Shown in pieces: positions 36,062 through 44,617 of a stretch of 64,000 bases of DNA. The notes beneath the pieces were generated by a model that was given only the letters and a program-made list of their open reading frames with translations, ran no database searches and had not been told where the DNA came from. The DNA is taken from the IMG/VR virus record IMGVR_UViG_3300013232_000047, positions 56,023 through 120,022 of that record; one strand, given 5' to 3'. The position numbers and the translations under genes are program-made. The stretch is from a virus. Numbering within the stretch: the stretch's first letter is position 1; each line of letters begins with the position of its first letter.

Positions 36062-36976
36062 CTAGCTCGCTTTCGCTTCTGTTGCTTGTCTGTCTAAAAG
36101 GTCATTCAGTTTAAGGACTAGGCGCTGTAGTGCCCTGTAGTCTTTCAGGTGGGTATAGTACTCTGTGACGATATTTTCAACGGTTGCTGTGTCAAAGGAC
36201 GTACCGTCGATGATCAGGTTTTTGTCACTGAATCCCCAGCGGCAGGATTTGATCTTTTGAACCTGCAGCGTAGCTTGTGCCTCTTTCAAAATCGTAGCCT
36301 TGTCTTGGACGAGCTTCTTGCCCGGCAGGATGATTCTGGACTGCCACGCGCTGATCTTGTCCTTGTCTACGGCCTGTTCCACTACGATCTTAGTCTTGCC
36401 ATCCGTTGTCACCTTTCTAGGGATAAGGAGAGTTTTGGTTTTAAGGATGTGATCCTGTGTATCGGCGGTGGCTTCTGTCATTATGACGCGCTGATAAAGC
36501 GGGCATCGGGACGTGAAAAACTGATAGCTTATACGGTTACGGCCAATCGCGTCTAAAGCACGCAGAAAACCTGCGTCGATGCTGGGACAGTTCCGAAGGA
36601 TATCAGCATCTATTTCAGCTTGTTGTCCGGACGGCGTGCGATCAATCCAAGCGACATAGAGAATTCCGGTAGCTGTCCATGCCAGATGTCCAAGGTTAAT
36701 GCCTCGTATGAACGCTTTTTTAAGTTCCCCGAGGTCAGTCGGAACTAGCAGACGCGATTTAACAAATTCATACGTCGTCACCGCGTCTGGTGTTGTTGTG
36801 AGCAATTCCTGTAAGGACTGCTTGTCGTTAGTTTTAGTGTTTGTGTTTGTTGGTTTAGTCATATATTCGCGCAACTCCTGTGTTTGTGCGCCCAGTCGGA
36901 ACTGGGCGCGGTTATGTTGCCGGGCCATCATCGACCCGCGCATTCTGGATATGGCGTTGTTTAATGCTTCGCTCAT
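36062..36976 (-). CDS. hypothetical protein between the arrays (alternative start 36862)
   Basis: 304-aa ORF; first ATG lies in the last unit of array 2; AGGAG precedes ATG 36862. Confidence 0.75.
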   Translation of the reverse strand: MSEALNNAISRMRGSMMARQHNRAQFRLGAQTQELREYMTKPTNTNTKTNDKQSLQELLTTTPDAVTTYEFVKSRLLVPTDLGELKKAFIRGINLGHLAWTATGILYVAWIDRTPSGQQAEIDADILRNCPSIDAGFLRALDAIGRNRISYQFFTSRCPLYQRVIMTEATADTQDHILKTKTLLIPRKVTTDGKTKIVVEQAVDKDKISAWQSRIILPGKKLVQDKATILKEAQATLQVQKIKSCRWGFSDKNLIIDGTSFDTATVENIVTEYYTHLKDYRALQRLVLKLNDLLDRQATEAKAS

Positions 36977-37436
36977 TTATTTTGGTGCTCTCTGGCTTTG
37001 TGGCTCGCTTGCGCATCTCGGTGCTCTCTTCCGCAATGGCTCGCTCTTTGGTTCTGGTGCTCTCATCCTGCTTGGCTCGCTCTGGTAGACTGGTGCTCTC
37101 TCCTGATGTGGCTCGCTCGTGTTGTTTGGTGCTCTCTGGTCCATTGGCTCGCTCTTTGTCCGTGGTGCTCTCCTTTGGTATGGCTCGCTTGCGTTCAACG
37201 GTGCTCTCCTTCACTCTGGCTCGCTTACATTCGGTGGTGCTCTCCTGCAATTCGGCTCGCTCCGCAATAGTGGTGCTCTCCTGCATTCTGGCTCGCTCTT
37301 ACGGTTTGGTGCTTTCGCCTTGCGCGGCTCGCTCTTTGGTTCTGGTGCTCTCATCCTGCTTGGCTCGCTCTGGTCAGTTGGTGCTCTCCGGTGTAATGGC
37401 TCGCTCATCGGTGTTGGTGCTCTCCCTAATCATGGC
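36966..37436 (-). repeat. TIGR-type dual-repeat guide array 2 (13 units of 36 bp)
   Basis: Same repeats, exact 36-bp period 36984-37416, starts at the stop codon of the Nop-like gene. Confidence 0.92.
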
Positions 37437-38579
37437 TTAAGCTGCATCTGCGTTACGCTGCGCATCTGTGTTAAGCTGTGCTTCTGCCTTATTTTTTCCC
37501 AACGGATCTTGCAGGTGGGCATGGCCCAGATGTGAGAAAACATAGGGCTTAGGAGGTTCTTTGTGGAAGTGTTGGCGGTACATTTCTTGTTGAAAATCAG
37601 CCAAGAAACGTTTTGCCACCCAGCGTAAAACTCGGTTGTGGATGTGGCCGGGAGCTAGCTTTCCCTGCTTAAGGATGGCGCGTTGCTCGTGATCGGGTAC
37701 CTCCCGTAACTTGGCAGCAGCTTGAGCGGCGTACAGTCCCGCTTCGTTACGAGCTGTTTCATAGGCTTTGCGCTCATCGTAGCTAAGGCTGTAGGTACTG
37801 GCGTCCACAAAACCTTTATTTTTACAGAATGAGTCACCGATGTAATGTTGAAGCACTTTGCACCGAGCATTCCAAGGACGCAGCGCCAAAGTTTTCACAA
37901 TCTGATCTCGTGTCAGCTTGACGCGTTTACCCTTGGCATCGGTGGTGGCGTATTTAAGCATCGAATGATAGTTGCGGTGAAACGTTTCAGACGCACGTGC
38001 CAGAATTTCCAGCGGGGTGCCCTTCTGGGCTTTTACCCATGCTTTTGATTTGTCAGCTCCCAACCACTCCTGCTGTGGATTTACTCCGAAAATGGACCAG
38101 ACATCGCCTGCGGTGAGGGCTTTTTCTGGATCAATGTAAGCCACCAGTGCGGCAGCAATTCCGTGCGAGATGCCTCTGAATTGCATCGCCCATCGGGCCA
38201 TGGGCTGTTGCTCGGCCCAGTAACGAACTGCGGTGTTAATCAGCTGTTCCTGCTTGGCAGCGTTTTTGTGGAACCATGTGAGGACTGCAGGCTGGCGCTG
38301 CTCTTCTTTTGGTTTGTGTTCCTCGCGTTTTTTAAGGCTTTTAACCTGATTCCCGGCGCTGATTCGCTTGTCCATGGCTTGCAGATATTCGCCTATCAAT
38401 ATCTTGGCTTCGAGCCGTGGCATTACGCGGACGTCTTCTGCCATGCCTTTCGGCATTTCAGTGTAGCCGATCGCTTCGGCTATTTTTTCCATGTCAGTGA
38501 GAAAGCAGCTCTCTGTGATTCTCACGTCCACTTTTCTTGGTTTGGTCTTGTCCACTTTTCTCTTAATTTTTTTATCCAT
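37437..38579 (-). CDS. Nop/IS110-like RNA-binding protein without nuclease domain (TasA-like)
   Basis: Coiled coil (EYLQAMDKRISAGNQ), HhH-like RGISHGIAAALVAYID, VWSIFG..P, PWNARCK, YDERKAYE, HIHNRVLRWVAKRFL; no RuvC DEDD or HNH seen; abuts array. Confidence 0.85.
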   Translation of the reverse strand: MDKKIKRKVDKTKPRKVDVRITESCFLTDMEKIAEAIGYTEMPKGMAEDVRVMPRLEAKILIGEYLQAMDKRISAGNQVKSLKKREEHKPKEEQRQPAVLTWFHKNAAKQEQLINTAVRYWAEQQPMARWAMQFRGISHGIAAALVAYIDPEKALTAGDVWSIFGVNPQQEWLGADKSKAWVKAQKGTPLEILARASETFHRNYHSMLKYATTDAKGKRVKLTRDQIVKTLALRPWNARCKVLQHYIGDSFCKNKGFVDASTYSLSYDERKAYETARNEAGLYAAQAAAKLREVPDHEQRAILKQGKLAPGHIHNRVLRWVAKRFLADFQQEMYRQHFHKEPPKPYVFSHLGHAHLQDPLGKNKAEAQLNTDAQRNADAA

Positions 38580-38619
38580 ATGTTTGAGGTATCTATAAGG
38601 TTTCTACGTTTGCGGGGTA

Positions 38620-38649
38620 AGACTACTACAGAAGTGTATACTCTGTCAA
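38620..38649 (-). promoter_or_regulatory. sigma70-type promoter for the tas-array operon
   Basis: TTGACA-18-TAGTCT. Confidence 0.6.
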
Positions 38650-38690
38650 ATAAAAGTTCACACAAAAATTTAGTGTGGGATTTAGCAGGC

Positions 38691-38725
38691 ACTCAGTCTT
38701 CTGTCCAAGTGACAGAAGACTGAGT
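38691..38725 (-). terminator. hairpin after GHKL gene
   Basis: actcagtcttctgtc-caagt-gacagaagactgagt, 15-bp perfect stem. Confidence 0.6.
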
Positions 38726-38739
38726 TGATCTGTTAAGCC

Positions 38740-40779
38740 TTATTGAATGCCTTTACCGGCTTTGATAGTTCCAAAAATGCCTTGCGCCGCCTGCTGCAAA
38801 GGCCGTATACCTGCTACGATACTGGTCAGTGCTTCAGGACTGAAAAGCTTGTCGCGCAGATGTTGACGTCCATTTTTGACGAATGTCCACAAGTGAGTGG
38901 TCGCTAACCTTACGTGCAGCTCTACCTCTTGGTAGAAGGCTTGTTCAAACGTGTCGAGCTGTTCGATTGGTACGCCATTCTTTTGTACTAGGCGCTGTTT
39001 GCATGCTTGCCATGCCGCCTGAATCATAGGGTGCCGCAGATGGATTTCAATTGTGGGACCTTGGTTTGGATTAAGGTCCGAGTTTTGCTGTAATGGCAAC
39101 GCATCCTTATCTTTTGGATCGTAGGGCTTGTCCACAGTTATGGCCTCTAGCAAGCCGTACGGAACTTTGAATAGTCTACCACTACCACGACCTGTTTCTT
39201 GTGAGGGAATACGGGGACCGCCCGTGCCAATCGGTATATATGCTTCACCCGCATTGTCATTGTCTAGCTCATGACGACGACGACGACGTGTTCCTTTGTA
39301 TCGCTCTACAAGGATAGTGTTCATGTAGGGCAAGTACTGTTCACCAACCCGGCGTAGTGTTTCATCGTCTATTTCTCCTCGCATGCTTGCGAAATCGGCA
39401 AAATAGTCGTTAATGGCATTCGTAATGAATTGAGGTCGTTTAGACTGGTAGCTGGCTGTCCACTCTTCGACAGGCAGGTCAGCACCACCTTTGATTCGGT
39501 CTTGGTAGTGCAGTGTTCGACGAGACGGGTCAGGAAAAACCTTCGCATCATCTGTGCTTAAAGGCTCCACTACAATAGCGAGCCGACGGCGTACGGTGTC
39601 TGTATTGACCCATGGAAATAGTGCTGTTTTACCACGAGCATGCGTCTGAACGCCGAAGGCTTCAATGATGCCGGGATGGGCTTCGTGTATGTAGGCAAAG
39701 ATTGGCACAGATGGTGCGTCTCCAGACTGGTAGCCTGTCCAGCTGTCCTGTCCGGGTTTGCTTTCACCTATGTTAGGAAAAAGATAAGTCGTTACGTTGG
39801 CAGAGACGGTGCTATCTCCGTTAATAAGGACTGTTTCTGTGAAGGGATCGGTGCTAGCCGTTTTTTGCTTACGACGTCCCATTTCAGCATAGTGCTGTAG
39901 GCATTTTTCCATGCCACAGACAGTCCGTTTGTTCACGCCCTTACTTTGTTGTGTTTTCGGCCAGTATTCCTTTTTGCGCCAATCTTTATCTGACTCCGGT
40001 GTCTGTACTGTGATAGTCACGCCTTCTGGCAATCTGTAAAAACGTGAGTTAAGGTATTCAGTTAAGGCGTACTTTGAATTTCCTTCAGATTCGCGGTGTG
40101 GATCACCTTTTACGGTATCGTCTTCACCGGTATCACCAAGCAGCACGATTACCGTACCATGCCCGGCTTCCCAGACAAAAGGTGGAATGACTTTCATCCA
40201 GTCTATTCCATCTACAGTGAAATCCTCAAAGTAGTCTGTTAAACGATCAAGAGGAAGGACAGCCAGTGCTTCATTTGCTGCTTCGAAAGTGGAAGTCCAA
40301 TCGGCTATAAAATCGTCTTCACCGCCTACTTCTTCAGTGACCAGTTCTCGTGCGCCGTAGTCTACGTTACCCTCTTTGGTTAGACCTCGGTGGAGCCACA
40401 TCATACTGGCTCGTTTTACACCCTCAGCATCTGTCACGACAGAGAGGACAACAACGCCGTTAAAGTTCCACGGAAGGATGCTGGTTTTTAGGCCGATGCC
40501 GTAGTTGCCGGTGATGTCTCCGATGGTTCGACCTGAACCTCCGTATTTGTTCAGAAACGCGGGCATTGCCTGTGGTGGCATGCCGCACCCGTCATCGGCA
40601 ATGATACGCCGATAGACTCCTTTTTGTTTTACGGCTTGCCATTCTATGCCGAACTGGATGTTTGTTGCTCCAGCTTGAATTGAATTGACGACGGCTTCCC
40701 GTGCCCATTGATGTGATTCTGATTGCGCGTAAGCCCGATTAACGTGGGTGTATACACCCACAGCTTGCATTGGTAGCAT
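38740..40779 (-). CDS. GHKL (HATPase_c/MORC-like) ATPase
   Basis: REAVVNSIQA, IADDGCGM, GNYGIGLK, GHGTVI; own TTGACA-17-TAAATG promoter near 40860. Confidence 0.85.
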   Translation of the reverse strand: MLPMQAVGVYTHVNRAYAQSESHQWAREAVVNSIQAGATNIQFGIEWQAVKQKGVYRRIIADDGCGMPPQAMPAFLNKYGGSGRTIGDITGNYGIGLKTSILPWNFNGVVVLSVVTDAEGVKRASMMWLHRGLTKEGNVDYGARELVTEEVGGEDDFIADWTSTFEAANEALAVLPLDRLTDYFEDFTVDGIDWMKVIPPFVWEAGHGTVIVLLGDTGEDDTVKGDPHRESEGNSKYALTEYLNSRFYRLPEGVTITVQTPESDKDWRKKEYWPKTQQSKGVNKRTVCGMEKCLQHYAEMGRRKQKTASTDPFTETVLINGDSTVSANVTTYLFPNIGESKPGQDSWTGYQSGDAPSVPIFAYIHEAHPGIIEAFGVQTHARGKTALFPWVNTDTVRRRLAIVVEPLSTDDAKVFPDPSRRTLHYQDRIKGGADLPVEEWTASYQSKRPQFITNAINDYFADFASMRGEIDDETLRRVGEQYLPYMNTILVERYKGTRRRRRHELDNDNAGEAYIPIGTGGPRIPSQETGRGSGRLFKVPYGLLEAITVDKPYDPKDKDALPLQQNSDLNPNQGPTIEIHLRHPMIQAAWQACKQRLVQKNGVPIEQLDTFEQAFYQEVELHVRLATTHLWTFVKNGRQHLRDKLFSPEALTSIVAGIRPLQQAAQGIFGTIKAGKGIQ

Positions 40780-40990
40780 TTGTTTTTATTTCCAGTCCCA
40801 CCGGTTGATTCCAGCAGGTCCGGTTAACCAACATTTATCAAAAGAGTTTACAGCTGTCAACAGCGGTCTGCACAAAAAATCAAAAATAAGAGTGCTTGAT
40901 TAAAACGTGTTGTTAGTGCCTGCGTGTTCGGCAGCCCTGAAGGAATGACAGGCTGAAAAGAGGCTAGTCTGTACCGACTTTTTATGGAAT

Positions 40991-41632
40991 CTACTTGAAT
41001 ATGCTATGCTTTTTAAGCTGTTTTATTTCGGTTTCCGTAGGCAGCTGAAACACCCACAAGTAGGAATGACATTTACGTGCGTGCTTTTGTACTTTGTGCT
41101 GAATTACGGGCCTGTTCTGTTGTAGAAGCACAAATAAGTCTTTTCCAAAAAATCCAAGCTGGATGCCCATTTCGTAGACTTCTATGTGTGACCAGCGCTG
41201 AAAGCTTGATTCTATTTCGTCTTGTGTTTTTACCCACATCTGGCTGCAGGGCTTAAGAATTCTGCGTGCTTCCGTCATGCTGTCAAAATAGAGCTGCATT
41301 ATGTCTTTGTGATACATGCCTGTAGTTGTGCTCGCGTTTTGGTAGCTGCTGTCAACAATCATTTGGCCCGGATTGTGTGCGTAGGGGAGATCCAGCACAA
41401 CTAGGTCAAACGTGGCGTTTGCGTGAGGCAAGTGTCGGCAATCCCAGTTTTTGCCGGGGCACGTGACTTTATCTGACGCATGCATTTCAACCGTGCTGAG
41501 GTCTACTTTTTTCCAAAATACACCTTTCCCCCAAGTTGGATCACATACGAGTGCGCCGGGTCGGAGATACATTGCAGCTACCTCTTTAAACAGGTCAGCA
41601 TTGGTACCTTGATAGCATGTGTACGTAGCCAT
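40991..41632 (-). CDS. SAM-dependent DNA methyltransferase-like protein
   Basis: DPTWGKGVFW, DLVVLDLPY, EARRILKP; TAATG coupling with the upstream ORF. Confidence 0.8.
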   Translation of the reverse strand: MATYTCYQGTNADLFKEVAAMYLRPGALVCDPTWGKGVFWKKVDLSTVEMHASDKVTCPGKNWDCRHLPHANATFDLVVLDLPYAHNPGQMIVDSSYQNASTTTGMYHKDIMQLYFDSMTEARRILKPCSQMWVKTQDEIESSFQRWSHIEVYEMGIQLGFFGKDLFVLLQQNRPVIQHKVQKHARKCHSYLWVFQLPTETEIKQLKKHSIFK

Positions 41633-42324
41633 TATAAGCGTGCTGTAAGTTGTTTGGCCATACTGTTCATCAACTGCGCTATTGTAAGCTTTTGGATACT
41701 TCCGTACCAAAAGTCAAAGATGAGGCGGCTTAGCTCCGCACCCATAAGCGTGTGCGTAGCTAACCAGCTTTTACAGAGTCTGTCATCTTTGTTGTCGCCT
41801 CTAACATAGAGCACGAATCTGACGTATGGACTCAAGTTATTCTTAAGCACAGTGCAATCGAACATGTCACACGCTGCCGTGGAGCTTGGTCTTTGTTTTT
41901 GGTGCAACTTGTGAATGTCTAAGGCTATCTGGAAGATAGAAGCGCATTCTTTTAGGTATCGCTCATGTACGGTAGTATGCGACACCAAAATTGTTTTCAC
42001 ACAGAGGGCGGCTTGACTGCCTGTGACATCCGTTGCAGTCGCGCTTATTTCTAAAAGTTCCCTGTAGCCTGCTATTTTTATGTCGGATAGACTTCCGTCC
42101 GGCATGTTAAATCTGAAAGGGACTCTGCCTTTTTGAGCGGTGAGCTTAGAGTACCTGAACGTAACGTTGTGACCATTACACCGAACGTCTCTTAGGTTGT
42201 TAACAAAAGCGCTGTTCAGCATGTCTAATCCGCCGTTATGCGCACGGTTGCATTGGCTCTGCCTGTCTTGTGCTCCTCCTGTGGTATTAGCAAGCGGCGA
42301 TTCTTCTGTCAGTGTCGTATGCAT
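41632..42324 (-). CDS. hypothetical protein between two methyltransferases
   Basis: 230-aa ORF, coupled stop/start. Confidence 0.6.
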   Translation of the reverse strand: MHTTLTEESPLANTTGGAQDRQSQCNRAHNGGLDMLNSAFVNNLRDVRCNGHNVTFRYSKLTAQKGRVPFRFNMPDGSLSDIKIAGYRELLEISATATDVTGSQAALCVKTILVSHTTVHERYLKECASIFQIALDIHKLHQKQRPSSTAACDMFDCTVLKNNLSPYVRFVLYVRGDNKDDRLCKSWLATHTLMGAELSRLIFDFWYGSIQKLTIAQLMNSMAKQLTARL

Positions 42325-43129
42325 ACATTCTTTCTTTCGTTTCCATGTGAGCGTTTAATCTCTCCACGCATTTCAGGAAGAACGCGCTTTTAATTTCTGC
42401 ACCTGTAAAATTTCGATTTAAATCGCTGCATGCAATAAGAGTGGTTCCGCTGCCCATATGCGGATCGCACACGTGGCCATGAGGAGGGCACCATTTGCGA
42501 ACAACGCGTTGTGCCAGCTTGGTGGGAAAAGGCGCATTATGCCAATTCCTTTCCTTTGGAATTGTCCATAAGTTGCTGCGGCTGTCTGAGTCACCATCAG
42601 CTGCGTTGTCAAAATAATATCGGTAGTCTTCAGGTCGTTTGAAGACATACAAAAATTCAGTATGCCCCCAGAGCTGTGTTTTATCGTGATTATGCGTACT
42701 TTTTCTGTTCCAAATTACGCGATCAACCAGTGTTAGTTCTTTTGGGAACCAAGTCTCTGGCGAAATCATTCGGCGATTTTTTCTTCTATCCTTATGATTG
42801 TAAACGACTACGCCGCTAGGCAGCAGATGCTTTGAACACCAGATTAAGAAGTTACGCTGTTGTTCTTGGTATTCTCCTTCAGGCAGGCTGTCTGCATAGT
42901 CAGTGACACCTCGAAAACTTTTCGGATCAAAGATGCCGATACTGCGTAACCCTTTGATTTTAGCTGGCCCACTGGAACCTATGTTGTACGGCGGCGATGT
43001 GAATATGAGGTTAAATCGGCCAGTTAGTGCAAGGCTGTAATCAGCGTTGTACATCTCAGCCGTAAAGTCTTTGTAAGCGTGAATCTGCTTTTCATACCTA
43101 CTTGCTATTTTTATCGTATTTGTATGCAT
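42287..43129 (-). CDS. N4-C/N6-A DNA methyltransferase (beta class)
   Basis: FTSPPYN, H.APFP..L, DPHMGSGTT, GAEI. Confidence 0.92.
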   Translation of the reverse strand: MHTNTIKIASRYEKQIHAYKDFTAEMYNADYSLALTGRFNLIFTSPPYNIGSSGPAKIKGLRSIGIFDPKSFRGVTDYADSLPEGEYQEQQRNFLIWCSKHLLPSGVVVYNHKDRRKNRRMISPETWFPKELTLVDRVIWNRKSTHNHDKTQLWGHTEFLYVFKRPEDYRYYFDNAADGDSDSRSNLWTIPKERNWHNAPFPTKLAQRVVRKWCPPHGHVCDPHMGSGTTLIACSDLNRNFTGAEIKSAFFLKCVERLNAHMETKERMYAYDTDRRIAAC

Positions 43130-43156
43130 ACTGTTGGAGTGTTGGTTTTAGATTTT

Positions 43157-43534
43157 TTACGGTTGTGTACACTTGTTTGTCCATAGCCCATTCGCATTCT
43201 TTTCGAACAGCTCTTTGTTTCGGTGAAGGCACATGTTTACGGTGGTGACAGGGACGCTAAGCTTGTTGGAAAGATCCGTACAGGTCATCTCTGGTTGAAG
43301 TGACAGTTGTTTGGCGATCCGTCCGCGCAGAGTGTGCTTATGAGTTAAGGAAGGGGCACCCAGCTGTTCGCGCAGACGCAAGAAGCCTTCTAGAATGCCT
43401 TCTTGTACCGTCAGCTGGTAGCGCATGACAAATACGGCGCGTTCCTGTTCAGTGATTTTTCGTGTTAATAGCTCGATACGTTCTGCATCTGTACTGGCTT
43501 CATTAAAGCTCTCATCTAAGGATATTTCATTCAT
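43157..43534 (-). CDS. coiled-coil + winged-helix protein
   Basis: MTCTDLSNKLSVPVTTVNMCLHRNKELFEK..NGLW. Confidence 0.65.
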   Translation of the reverse strand: MNEISLDESFNEASTDAERIELLTRKITEQERAVFVMRYQLTVQEGILEGFLRLREQLGAPSLTHKHTLRGRIAKQLSLQPEMTCTDLSNKLSVPVTTVNMCLHRNKELFEKNANGLWTNKCTQP

Positions 43535-43546
43535 GGTATTTATTTT

Positions 43547-43807
43547 ATGGCTGAACCAACACCGTGGCAGAGTGCCGCTCGGAAGAAACCGACTTACGAA
43601 AAGAGAATCGAGGCTCGGTATGATCCTTACAATTTTTCTCACATGACCACAAGTAACGGTACGAATCCACCGTTGAGGATACCTTGCACTGGGCCGGGTT
43701 CTGCCGGGGCCGTTCCGCCCAGCTCGACACCGCAGATTGATACGATAATCGTCGTGAGCCATGGAACCGATGCTCCGATATACGGTTCCAATTTTGCCAG
43801 ACCGTAG
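43547..43807 (+). CDS. small Pro/Gly-rich protein
   Basis: Shares ARYD with the two downstream paralogs. Confidence 0.6.
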   Translation: MAEPTPWQSAARKKPTYEKRIEARYDPYNFSHMTTSNGTNPPLRIPCTGPGSAGAVPPSSTPQIDTIIVVSHGTDAPIYGSNFARP

Positions 43808-43838
43808 TTAAGGGTGAACAGTTAAATTGACTTGAGTT

Positions 43839-44096
43839 ATGGCAACAGCAAATTACGACCCGAACGCTCGTTACGACAATGGCCCTAATGCTGCAGGCAG
43901 CAACGGCTGTCCTCAAAATATCAACCCGAGTTATCCGTATCAGCCCGGTCTGTCCGACGATCGCTCTCCCGGCTTGATGCACGACTACACTTTGACTTAT
44001 GCGAATCAACGTGTGGGATTCAATGCCGCCGGGCACCACCGTGACAACAGTGGACCTAACGTGGCTGGCGCTCCGCGCAGCATCAACGGCATTTAA
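43839..44096 (+). CDS. small late protein, paralog A
   Basis: MATANYDPNARYDNGPNAAGSNGCPQN; TAGTTA upstream. Confidence 0.75.
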   Translation: MATANYDPNARYDNGPNAAGSNGCPQNINPSYPYQPGLSDDRSPGLMHDYTLTYANQRVGFNAAGHHRDNSGPNVAGAPRSINGI

Positions 44097-44129
44097 GTAG
44101 GTAATATCGGTCCAACAAAGCATTAGGCT

Positions 44130-44402
44130 ATGGCAACACTGAATTACAATCCGAACGCTCGGTATGACAACGGGCCGAACGCAGCTGGCAGTAACGGCTG
44201 TCCTCAAAATGTTTCCCCGAATCCGACTTACCAACCCGGATTGTCTCAAACTGTCAGCGAGTACGTGGTTTTGAATGGTTTGGGATCTGACGGCTCGTTG
44301 GGTTACGCGCATCAGCGTGTGGGCTTTAGCGCGGCTGGTGTCAGCCGTGCGAACGGTGGCCCCAATGTCGCTGGTGCTCGTCGTAGCATTAACGGTTTGT
44401 AA
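44130..44402 (+). CDS. small late protein, paralog B
   Basis: MATLNYNPNARYDNGPNAAGSNGCPQN. Confidence 0.75.
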   Translation: MATLNYNPNARYDNGPNAAGSNGCPQNVSPNPTYQPGLSQTVSEYVVLNGLGSDGSLGYAHQRVGFSAAGVSRANGGPNVAGARRSINGL

Positions 44403-44404
44403 GA

Positions 44405-44608
44405 TCATCTTTCCTCCAGAGGCGGCCTCTGCTTTTCGCGGATGGCCGTCTCGTAGTCCCGGACGATGTGGCGTATTGCTCGTAGGACTTCTCTCCAATC
44501 CTGCCCTTCATTGACTCTGGCAGTAAGATCCAGCCTTACGTTTTCGTAGTCGCCTGTGCGTATAGTCTTGCCCCAGCTGACTTCAGTGATGTCGGGTTTT
44601 ATGTCCAT
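44405..44608 (-). CDS. hypothetical protein
   Basis: 67-aa ORF, GKTIRTGDYENVRLD. Confidence 0.6.
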   Translation of the reverse strand: MDIKPDITEVSWGKTIRTGDYENVRLDLTARVNEGQDWREVLRAIRHIVRDYETAIREKQRPPLEER

Positions 44609-44617
44609 GGCTTTTGT

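Noticed and set aside
34683-37436. CRISPR array call
   Set aside because: Repeats are 8 bp and of two alternating kinds, spacers are about 10 bp, and no cas genes are present
37437-38579. IS110 transposase / mobile element
   Set aside because: No DEDD RuvC domain, no catalytic SG loop, no element ends; association with the arrays explains it better
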